The notes under the pieces were generated by a model, which made no database searches, was not told where the DNA came from, and saw only the letters and a program-made list of their open reading frames with translations. DNA of 64,000 nt from an uncultured Chloroflexia bacterium (GTDB lineage Bacteria; Chloroflexota; Anaerolineae; B4-G1; SLSP01). This document shows positions 10,978 to 20,927 of this stretch, in pieces. How positions within the stretch are numbered: position 1 is the stretch's first letter; every line of letters begins with the position of its first letter. The DNA lies in the NCBI GenBank assembly GCA_963751345.1, contig CAVVUS010000030.1:1-64000 (forward strand). Direction: 5' to 3'. Made by a program: the position numbers and the translations under genes.

Positions 10978-13447
10978 CTAGTTATGCTGTACCGCAATAT
11001 CCACGACCTGGCTCGTCACCGTCCGGCCCTGTGCGTCGACGCCGCGGGCCTGGAAACGATGCGCGCCCTCGGTCAGCGGCCATAGTGCCTCGTACGGCGG
11101 CGCATCGAACTCGGCAAAGGGCACGCCGTCGACCAGGAGCGTCACGCGGTCGAGGGCCACGCCCGCTGCTGCCGCGATGCGGATCTTCTGCTGCGCCGGA
11201 GGCAACGTGGCATCGAGGCGATAGACTGCACCCGTGTCGGGACTCGTCAGGATCAGGCCCGCCTCAGGCGCGGAGACGCCGCCATCGGTCGGAGGCTGGG
11301 GGATGCCGTGCTCCCGGCCCCACGCCTGCGCCTCCGGAGGCAGCACCACGTAGACCTGGTCGCCGATCCGTTGGTGCATCTCACACGTGGTCGTGGGCTC
11401 GGTGCCTTCAAGGAAGAGCTCGGTGACGCGGTGGGGGCAGTCGGGATTCGGCAGCTCGCCCGAGAGCGTGCAGACCTCGACCTCCACCAGGCCATCGGGC
11501 CGCACGAAGTCGTGGACGGGGAGGCCCTTGTGCGCCGCCTCCATCACGTCCCGCCAGAGCGGCGCGGCGCCGCTGACGCCGGTGACGCCCTTCATCGGCT
11601 CGCTGTCCGCATTGCCGACCCAGACGCCGACGACGAGGTCGGGCGTGGTGCCCACGGTCCAGTTGTCGCGAAAATCGGTCGTGGTGCCGGTCTTCACCGC
11701 GGCGGGGCGCGTCAGGTTGAGCACACTGCCCTCGCCGAAGGTCGGGATGCGGGCGCGGTCATCACTCAGGATGTCGGTGAGCTGATAGGCGACCCGCGCG
11801 TCAAGGACACGGTCCTGCAGACAGGCGGCGGGTGAGTCACAGGGGCGCTGCCAGATCACGTGACCATCGCGCATCCGTCACCGAGCGCACCACCTGCGGC
11901 GCGACGGCATAGCCTCCGTTGGCGAGCGCCGCGTAGGCCGCGGAGAGCTCCAGCAGCCGCACCTCGCCACCCCCGAGGGCCACGGCGAGCCCGATGCGGT
12001 CGGGGTCGTCGAAGGTCGTGATCCCCATTCGGCGTGCCAGCGAGGTCATGTTCTCGATGCCGACAGCGTCGAGCACCTTGACCGCGATGACGTTGTACGA
12101 AGAGGCCAGCGCCTCGCGCAGCCGGACAGGCCCGCGGAAGGTAAGGTCGTAGTTGAGCGGCACGTAGGGCGTCCCCTCCCGCGTCACGAAGCTGGTGCGC
12201 ACGTCCATCATCACGGTGGCGGGCGTCATTCGAGACCCGGACGCCGTCCGCGCGCCGGCGAAGGCCGCGGCATAGGTGATCGGCTTGATCGACGAGCCGG
12301 GTTGGCGCAGCGCCGTCGTGCCGTTGACGGCACCGTCGATCTGCGCTGAGAAGTAGTCAGGGCTGCCCACCATCGCCAGGACCTCGCCGGTGGAGGGATC
12401 GAGCGCCACGATCGCGGCATTGCGGACGTTGTAGCCACCCGGAGGGCACGGCTCCTCGTGGTCGCAGACGGCCAACTGGTCGAGCCGGTAGCGCATCATG
12501 TCGCGCGCGGCCTCGTTGAGATCGAGATCGAGCGTCGTATGGATCTCCAACCCGCCCGCCTGGAGCTGCTCCAGGCCGATCTCCTGCTCCAGAAGCCCCC
12601 GTACGTACATCACAAAGTGGGGAGCGCGGATCGGGAAGGGTGCAGCGGCGAAGTCGAGCTTCTCCGAGCGGGCCAGGTCCGCGGCGTCAGCCGTGACGTA
12701 GCCCTCTGCCACCATCCGATCCAACACAATGGACTGGCGAAACTTGGCGTCCTCAAGGTGCTCCAGCGGGTTCCACAGCGCGGGGGCCTGGGGTAGGATG
12801 GCCAGCATCGCGCATTCTGCCAGATCCAAGTCGCGGACGTGTTTCCCGTAGTAGGCCTGGGCAGCCGCTTCGACGCCGTAGGCCAAGTTGCCGTAGTAAG
12901 TCTCGTTGAGGTAGAAGCCCAGGATCTCGTCCTTGGAGTAGCGGGCCGTCACCCGGACGGCGAGAAAGGCCTCACGCACTTTCCGGCGCAACGTCTGCTC
13001 GTATCGCTCGCCGGGGGAGAGCACGAGGTTCCGGACGAGCTGTTGTGTGAGCGTGCTGCCACCCATGGGGCGGGCGTCCTTGTCGCGGCTCAGATCGTAC
13101 CAGACCGCCCGCATGATCCCACGCAGGTCAAAGCCGGGGTTGGCATAGAAGTCCTTGTCCTCCAGCGCGATCGTGGCCTGGACCAGGGCCTCCGGGACCT
13201 CGTCGAGCGGCACGGGCGTGTGGCTACCGGAATAAGGAGGGGGCATTTCGAAGAGAAGACGCCCGTTGCGGTCGTAGATCTTGCTGCTGGGTGCCGCCGT
13301 GTATGCACTGAGATCCTCAGGCGAGGGGAGGTCGCGGAATGCCCACAGATAGAGGCCCAGGACCAGGGCCGCCAGGAGCAAGAGGGGGATGCCCCAGCGG
13401 AGGAGGGGCGTCTGAACCACGGATTTAGCGGATGACACGGATTTCAC
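10978..13447 (-). CDS. pbpC: Penicillin-binding protein 1C-like bifunctional transglycosylase/transpeptidase; frameshift near 11865; start uncertain
   Basis: TG motifs EDKDFY, GGSTLTQQLVRN, RKVRE; TP motifs SSIK, SYN, KTGTT; C-terminal PBP1C-like Ig domain. Confidence 0.88.
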
Positions 13448-13616
13448 GGATGACTTCGGTGGATCGCGGGCGTCTCGCCTGCTCTGCTCTGTGTGGGCTG
13501 TGTGCGCAATTGGAATGTTGTCTCGTGAGGTCTAGCCCGCGCTTGCGGGCGAGACGCCCGCGGTCCGTCCGACTCACATTCTGTTCCGTCGGCTTCGTGT
13601 CTAGCTGAATCCGTGA
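13417..13616. repeat. Composite repeat: four 9-bp CACGGATT-type units, plus a 22-bp REP/MITE-like inverted repeat (13461-13482 / 13545-13566)
   Basis: ccacggatt tagcggatg acacggatt tcacggatg; ggatcgcgggcgtctcgcctgc ... gcgggcgagacgcccgcggtcc; inverted unit aatccgtg at 13608. Confidence 0.75.
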
Positions 13617-13629
13617 TTCAGACGGCTCC

Positions 13630-14583
13630 CTACGCCACGACCTCATTCACCACCGTCGTGCCGGCGGACACCTCTGCACCGCGGAGCAGGATCGCATCGC
13701 GCACGGTCACGCCATCCTCCACCTTGCAGTTGCGCTCGATGTAGACGTTGGGACCGATCACGCAGCCCTTGCCGATGACCGTGCCCTCCTCAATATGAAG
13801 CGGCGTGATCAGTTGCGTGCCCGGGCCCACGGTCATCGGCGCCAACTGCGGCTGGCCATTGCCGTGGATCAGGTACTCTCGATTGAGCGCCAGCAGATCG
13901 GCGGCATTGGTCAGGGTGAGACGGCGGTCGACGACGATGCCCCCGACGCGACCGTCGCGCTCGATAAGCATCTGGATGGCGTCCTGTAGCTCGTATTCAC
14001 CCCGCGCGGACACCGGCACCTCCGGCAGATAGTCGAGGATGCGTCGCGAGAAGGCGTAGAGCGGCAGGCTCGATATGTTGGAATGGACCTCCTCGGGCCG
14101 AGCCTTCTCGACGATACGCGTGACCCAGGCGCCATCCATCTCCACGATGGCCATCGTGCCCATTCTGGCGGGATCCATAGGCAACAGCGCCAGTGCGCCG
14201 TTGGGCGCAGGGTCATCCTGCATAAAGGCAACCAGCCGCCCCACTGCCGCACTGGAGACAAGGTTGTCGCAGGCCGAGAGGACGAAGTCCTCCGTGATGA
14301 GAGGGGCCGCACAGCTCAACGCGTTTGCCATGCCCTTACGCTCGGGCTGGTAGACGAAGCGGATATCCACGTCAAGGGTGAACTCGCGGCGAAAGTGCCG
14401 CGTGATGTCGCGGTCCGCGGGGCTGACGACGAGGATGAAATCGTTGATTCCATTGACGACGAGCAGCTCCATCACTCGTTCGACGATGGGCTTGCCGAGG
14501 ATCGGCAGCATGGCCTTGGACCGGTCCAACGTGATCGGATGGAGGCGGGAGCCCTTGCCCGCAGCCAGAATAACGCCTTGCAT
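13630..14583 (-). CDS. Sugar-phosphate nucleotidyltransferase (glucose-1-P thymidylyltransferase-like) with C-terminal hexapeptide region
   Basis: GVILAAGKGSRLHP, KAMLPILGKP, SARGEYEL, C-terminal IGKGCVIGPN. Confidence 0.88.
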   Translation of the reverse strand: MQGVILAAGKGSRLHPITLDRSKAMLPILGKPIVERVMELLVVNGINDFILVVSPADRDITRHFRREFTLDVDIRFVYQPERKGMANALSCAAPLITEDFVLSACDNLVSSAAVGRLVAFMQDDPAPNGALALLPMDPARMGTMAIVEMDGAWVTRIVEKARPEEVHSNISSLPLYAFSRRILDYLPEVPVSARGEYELQDAIQMLIERDGRVGGIVVDRRLTLTNAADLLALNREYLIHGNGQPQLAPMTVGPGTQLITPLHIEEGTVIGKGCVIGPNVYIERNCKVEDGVTVRDAILLRGAEVSAGTTVVNEVVA

Positions 14584-14645
14584 AGGTCAGATGTCCTCCA
14601 GTGCCGGCCTGCGGCAGCGCGGGCCGGAGTTCGATAGGATACGAA

Positions 14646-16310
14646 TTAGCGGCTCAAGCCCAACCAGCGGTAGCCGTAACGCTCCAGCGATAGCGCTAAG
14701 GTTCCGGACGCAGACAGCTCCAGCTCGGACCCGGTGAAGAGATCGGTCAGCGCTCGCCCGCGATAGGCACCCAAATCCAACGTCACCCCCTGCGGTTCCG
14801 ATGAGAGATTGTTGACCACCAGCACCGTCTCATCGCCATAGGTTCGAGCGTAGGCAAGGATCGCAGGCGGCGTGCTATCAGACCCGACCAGCGCCAGGCT
14901 CCCACGCCCGAAGGCTGGATGCTGCTTCCGCACGGCCAGCGCCGCCCGCGTCCAGTTCAGGAGCGATTCGGGATCGTCGACCTGCGCGGCGACGTTGACC
15001 TTGGTATAGCCGAAGGTCTCGCTCTCGATGACGGGCTCGTAGAGAAGCTCCGCAGGCACGGACGCGCCGGTGAACCCGGCGTGCGGCGCGGCACTCCACT
15101 GCATCGGCGTGCGCACGCCATTTCGGTCGTCCAGCCATATGTTGTCGCCCATGCCGATCTCGTCGCCATAGTAGAGGAAGGGGGAGCCGACAAAGGTAAG
15201 GAGGATCGAGGCAGCACATTGGATGCGGGCCATATCGTTGTCCAATAACGGTGCGAGGCGGCGGCGGATGCCCAGATTGAGACGCATCCGGGGCTCGGGC
15301 GCGTAGAAGTCCCACATAAACGTGCGCTCTTCAAGCGTCACCATCTCGAGCGTGAGCTCATCGTGGTTGCGCAGAAAAGTCCCCCACTGACAGGCAGCGG
15401 GCAGGTCGGGCGTCCGCGCCATGATCCACTCGATCGGGGAACGGTCCCCCTTCGCCAGCGCCATGAAGATGCGGGGCATGAGCGGAAAGTGGAAGTTCAT
15501 ATGCATCTCATCGCCGTCGCCAAAGTAGGGGCGGACGTCCTCCGGCCACTGGTTGGCCTCAGAGAGCAACATCGTGCCGGGGGCGTAGGCATCCACAAAC
15601 GCGCGGAGCCGCTTGAGATAGGCGTGGGTCTCGGGCAGATTCTCGCAGTTGGTACCCTCGCGCTCGAAGAGATAGGGCGGCGCGTCGATCCTCAGCGCAT
15701 CGGCGCCTTCATCGATCCAGAACTGGACAATCCGCAGCATCTCGCGCTGCACCTCGGGATTGTCGAAGTTGAGATCCGGCTGATGGCTGAAAAAGCGATG
15801 CCAATAATACTGCCCGCGAAGCGCGTCGTAGGTCCAGTTGGAGGGCTCGTAGTCGATGAAGATGATCCGCGCGTCGCTGTAAGCCTGGTCAGTGTCGCTC
15901 CAGACGTACCAATCGCGATACTTGGCGTGCTCCGGGTGATGGGGATCCCGCGACGCCTGGAACCAGCGATGCTGGTCCGAGGTGTGGTTCGGCACAAGCT
16001 CGACGACGATCTTCAGACCCTGCTTGTGCGCCTCCTCGACGAGGTGCCGGAAGTCATCGAGCGTCCCGTAGTCGGGATGGATCGAGCGGTAATCGGCGAC
16101 ATCGTAGCCGTCGTCGCGCAGGGGTGACGGAAAGATCGGCAGCATCCAGATGGCGTCGATGCCCAGGTCAGCGAGGTAGTCCAGCTTGGAGGTCAAGCCC
16201 GCCAGATCACCGATACCGTCGTCATTGCTGTCGGCGAAGGCTCGAACGGAGACTTCATAGAAGACAGCATCCTTGTACCATCGGGTGTCCGCTTTCGTAT
16301 CGCCGGCCAT
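14646..16310 (-). CDS. treS: Trehalose synthase / maltose alpha-D-glucosyltransferase (GH13)
   Basis: WYKDAVFYE, SPLRDDGYD, catalytic RIDAPPY, EANQWP, FLRNHDELTLEMV, NLGIRRRLAPL. Confidence 0.95.
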   Translation of the reverse strand: MAGDTKADTRWYKDAVFYEVSVRAFADSNDDGIGDLAGLTSKLDYLADLGIDAIWMLPIFPSPLRDDGYDVADYRSIHPDYGTLDDFRHLVEEAHKQGLKIVVELVPNHTSDQHRWFQASRDPHHPEHAKYRDWYVWSDTDQAYSDARIIFIDYEPSNWTYDALRGQYYWHRFFSHQPDLNFDNPEVQREMLRIVQFWIDEGADALRIDAPPYLFEREGTNCENLPETHAYLKRLRAFVDAYAPGTMLLSEANQWPEDVRPYFGDGDEMHMNFHFPLMPRIFMALAKGDRSPIEWIMARTPDLPAACQWGTFLRNHDELTLEMVTLEERTFMWDFYAPEPRMRLNLGIRRRLAPLLDNDMARIQCAASILLTFVGSPFLYYGDEIGMGDNIWLDDRNGVRTPMQWSAAPHAGFTGASVPAELLYEPVIESETFGYTKVNVAAQVDDPESLLNWTRAALAVRKQHPAFGRGSLALVGSDSTPPAILAYARTYGDETVLVVNNLSSEPQGVTLDLGAYRGRALTDLFTGSELELSASGTLALSLERYGYRWLGLSR

Positions 16311-16333
16311 CTGGAGCCTCCTTTCGTAGCTTT

Positions 16334-16393
16334 ACCTTCCGGGTTGCGCGCCTCAGACGGCGCGCGCCGTCTGAGGCGCGCAACCCGGAAGGT
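16334..16393. repeat. Perfect 60-bp palindrome between divergent genes
   Basis: accttccgggttgcgcgcctcagacggcgc followed directly by its exact reverse complement. Confidence 0.95.
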
Positions 16394-16461
16394 CAGAACG
16401 AGCTTATCTTAGCACCAAGGAGGCGCCTGGAAAATGTCACGACCTGCACTACAATCGAGAC

Positions 16462-17175
16462 ATGGCCGAAGGGGATCGCCTGGAGCACTACCGGCATCGC
16501 TATGCGGCGCTCAGACCCGGCTGGCGTTCGGCGACGGCACGCTTTCAACATCGGGTCGCTGCATCGCTAACGGCAGAGAGCCGCGTCCTGGATCTTGGCT
16601 GTGGCCGCGGGGGAATCGTGGAACGCCTGGGGGCCCTGGGAACGTGGGTCGGCATCGACCCCGATCTCGTGTCGCTGCAGCAGCATCGGTCCGCAAGACT
16701 GCGGCGCGGCTGTGCCGATTCTGAGCATCTACCCTTTGCCTCAGGGACCTTTGACATCGTGACAGCGTCGTGGGTGCTGGAGCATCTGCCTCATCCGGCA
16801 GCGACGTTCGAGGAGATCACGCGCGTGATGCGGCCGGGCGGTCGATTCTTCTTCCTGACGCCCAACGCTGCACATCCGCTTCCCCGTCTGAGCGCTGCGC
16901 TGGCACGCCTCCAGAACGTGCAGGACCTGGCTGTAGGCAGCGTCTATGGGCGCTCGGCGGACGACACCTTTCCGGTCACCTACCGGGCAAATACGATTGA
17001 GGCTATCGAGCGCTTGGCTATCCGGGCCGGCCTGAGATTGGTCGACGTGTCTATGGTCGACGACCCTACCTACTTCGCGTGGAATGACTTCACATTCACT
17101 GTAGCGGCCATCGCAGAACTGTTGTTGCCGGCCGGTTGGCAGGTGCATCTGGTCGGTGAACTCAGGATGAGATGA
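16462..17175 (+). CDS. Class I SAM-dependent methyltransferase
   Basis: VLDLGCGRG, LPFASGTFDIV, VLEHL, RVMRPGG; TACAAT 6 bp upstream suggests a leaderless mRNA. Confidence 0.88.
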   Translation: MAEGDRLEHYRHRYAALRPGWRSATARFQHRVAASLTAESRVLDLGCGRGGIVERLGALGTWVGIDPDLVSLQQHRSARLRRGCADSEHLPFASGTFDIVTASWVLEHLPHPAATFEEITRVMRPGGRFFFLTPNAAHPLPRLSAALARLQNVQDLAVGSVYGRSADDTFPVTYRANTIEAIERLAIRAGLRLVDVSMVDDPTYFAWNDFTFTVAAIAELLLPAGWQVHLVGELRMR

Positions 17176-17208
17176 TCGGCAAATGAGCAAATCAGCCAAT
17201 GGAGGTGA

Positions 17209-17898
17209 ATGATGTCCCCAGTCGACGGCGATCAACTCAGTGCGTTACTTGTACCGGTCCTCATCATCCTTGGCATCAGCATCGTCGCCGTCGTGGGATG
17301 GCTGATCTGGGCGCTTACGCACCCGAAAGGAGGCGAGGCCTCAGACGCGATGAAGACATCTGTAGTCGCGAGCGATGTATCGACGCCCTGCTTCGTGGGC
17401 ATCACGCGTGGCAACCGGGGCGAGTGGAAGATCAGCGTCGAGGGACGACCTTATCCCAGACTTGACGCCGTTCCCAACCCGGACACGCGCGCCCAGGTGA
17501 CGAACGCGATCAGGGCGCTGGCGACGTTCGCGGGATACGCACGGCAGCCCTCGGAGTCGCCGGCAGCGGTGCAGGCCCCCGACATCCAGGTTGATGTGAC
17601 GACCGGCCCAAGATCGGGCCCGCGCGCGCGTGCCTCTGCCGCCGCGGCTGTGACGCCGGTGCGGGGCGGGGCTGCAACACTGGCCATCGACTTGGCCGAT
17701 GAGATCGGGGAGATCATCGGCGAGATGATGGCACAACGGCCCGACCTTCGCGGTCACGCCGTCACGCTGCAGAACCGCACAGAGCAGGGCATTGCCTTCG
17801 TCGTAGATGGTACGATCTATCAAGAGATCTCGGATATACCCAGCCCCGAGATCCAGGCGCTGATCCGCGACGCCACAAAAGAGTGGGAGCGGCGGTAA
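17209..17898 (+). CDS. Hypothetical membrane-anchored protein with an internal duplicated motif
   Basis: ggaggtg SD; N-terminal TM; two VxGxxYxxIxxVPxP-type repeats. Confidence 0.75.
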   Translation: MMSPVDGDQLSALLVPVLIILGISIVAVVGWLIWALTHPKGGEASDAMKTSVVASDVSTPCFVGITRGNRGEWKISVEGRPYPRLDAVPNPDTRAQVTNAIRALATFAGYARQPSESPAAVQAPDIQVDVTTGPRSGPRARASAAAAVTPVRGGAATLAIDLADEIGEIIGEMMAQRPDLRGHAVTLQNRTEQGIAFVVDGTIYQEISDIPSPEIQALIRDATKEWERR

Positions 17899-17921
17899 GG
17901 CCATACATATGGGACCTCTCC

Positions 17922-17949
17922 TTGACCCGACCCCTGTGTGCGGTAGAAT
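17922..17949 (+). promoter_or_regulatory. Putative sigma70 promoter of miaB
   Basis: TTGACC-N16-TAGAAT. Confidence 0.55.
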
Positions 17950-18017
17950 GCCACGGTTAACCTTGCGAAACCAGCCCTCCTGCTGGCTAATCTTCGCAAG
18001 GGCACTGTCAAGGAAAA

Positions 18018-19370
18018 ATGCGATATCACATCTGGACGATCGGCTGTCAAATGAACGTCGCCGACTCGCAGCGCGTCGCCGCCGGGCTGGAGCGCCTGGG
18101 CTACACCCCGGCTGAACGCGCGCGCGATGCCGACGTGATGGTGCTCAACACCTGCGTCGTACGGCAACAGCCGGAGGATAAAGCGGTTGGGCGACTGAAC
18201 CAACTCAAGCGACTCAAAGAAGAGCACCCTGATAAGGTGCTGGCCCTGATGGGGTGTATGGTCGGCGTGAAAGACGCGGCGCCATTACAGGCACGGTTTC
18301 CCTGGGTCGACCTCTTCCTGCCCCCTTCCGACCCCACGGAGCTGTGGGCGCACCTGGCAGCGCGCGGCGACCTGAGCGAAGCACAGACCCTGATTGCCGA
18401 TGCAGAGGCGCGCCGGCTGGCGCTGAGCCGGACGGACACGGTGCTCCCGCCCTCGGAGAAGGAGACGGCGGTCAGTGCTTATCTGCCCGTGGTACTGGGC
18501 TGCTCGCACGCCTGCACCTACTGCGTGATCCCCTACCGGCGCGGTGCCGAGCGCAGCCGCCCGATGACTGCGATCCTGGCCGAAGCCGAGCAGATGGCCG
18601 CACAAGGTGTCCAGGAACTCACGCTTCTGGGTCAGATCGTCGACCGCTATGGCTACGACCTGCCTGAGTTTGCGGACGCGAAGACGACACCTCTGGTGAC
18701 GCTGCTACGCCGCGTTCACGACATCGATGGCTTCAAGCGGATCCGCTTCCTGACGAGCCACCCGAACTGGATGAAGGACGACCTGCTGGATGCGGTCGCC
18801 GAGCTGCCACGCGTCTGCCCGCATATTGAGGTGCCGGTCCAGGCCGGAGATGACGAGGTGTTGGCCCGAATGCGGCGAGGGTACACGGTCGACGACTATC
18901 GCAAGTTGGTCGCCCGGCTCCGCGAACACATCCCCGGGGTCTCCATCGCCACGGACGTTATCGTGGGCTTTCCGGGTGAGACCGAGGCCCAGTTTCAGCA
19001 CACCTACGATCTCCTCAAAGAGCTCCGGTTGGACAAGGCCCACATTGCCCGGTATTCCTCGCGGCCCCTGACGGTGGCAACGCGCCAGTTCGAGGACGCC
19101 CTGTCCCACGAGGAGAAGGAGCGTCGCCGTAGAGCGCTGGACGACCTTCAGGCCGAGATCCTGGCGGACCTCAATGCCCGCTATCAGGGCCGGACCGTCG
19201 AGGTACTCGTCGAGGGATGGCACGCCCGCAAGCGACGCTGGTTCGGGCGCACGCCCACAGACCGCCTGGTCTTCTTCGAAGCGGATGGCGATGATTGGCT
19301 GGGCCGCCTGGCACAGGTCGAGGTCACGTGGACCGGGCCATGGTCGCTGATCGGAACAACAGAATCATAG
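18018..19370 (+). CDS. miaB: tRNA-2-methylthio-N6-dimethylallyladenosine synthase (radical SAM methylthiotransferase)
   Basis: TIGCQMNVADS, NTCVVRQ, CSHACTYC, DVIVGFPGET, C-terminal TRAM domain. Confidence 0.93.
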   Translation: MRYHIWTIGCQMNVADSQRVAAGLERLGYTPAERARDADVMVLNTCVVRQQPEDKAVGRLNQLKRLKEEHPDKVLALMGCMVGVKDAAPLQARFPWVDLFLPPSDPTELWAHLAARGDLSEAQTLIADAEARRLALSRTDTVLPPSEKETAVSAYLPVVLGCSHACTYCVIPYRRGAERSRPMTAILAEAEQMAAQGVQELTLLGQIVDRYGYDLPEFADAKTTPLVTLLRRVHDIDGFKRIRFLTSHPNWMKDDLLDAVAELPRVCPHIEVPVQAGDDEVLARMRRGYTVDDYRKLVARLREHIPGVSIATDVIVGFPGETEAQFQHTYDLLKELRLDKAHIARYSSRPLTVATRQFEDALSHEEKERRRRALDDLQAEILADLNARYQGRTVEVLVEGWHARKRRWFGRTPTDRLVFFEADGDDWLGRLAQVEVTWTGPWSLIGTTES

Positions 19371-19433
19371 AATGCAAGAATGAAGAATCAAGGAATACAG
19401 ATTCTTCCATTCTCGATCTTGATTCTTCATTCT
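19361..19433. repeat. 7-8 bp AGAAT tandem repeats folded into a hairpin
   Basis: agaatgaagaatcaag (19377-19392) and its exact reverse complement (19418-19433). Confidence 0.8.
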
Positions 19434-19462
19434 CTGGCCACTCGCACAAAGGATATCCCTTA

Positions 19463-20845
<1,383 letters not shown>

Positions 20846-20927
20846 AGCTAACCCAACCTCCCCAAGTGACGAGGACGGGGCACGCGAGCACGCCCTGGAA
20901 AACTCCCGGCACCTAGAAGGGTGACAT

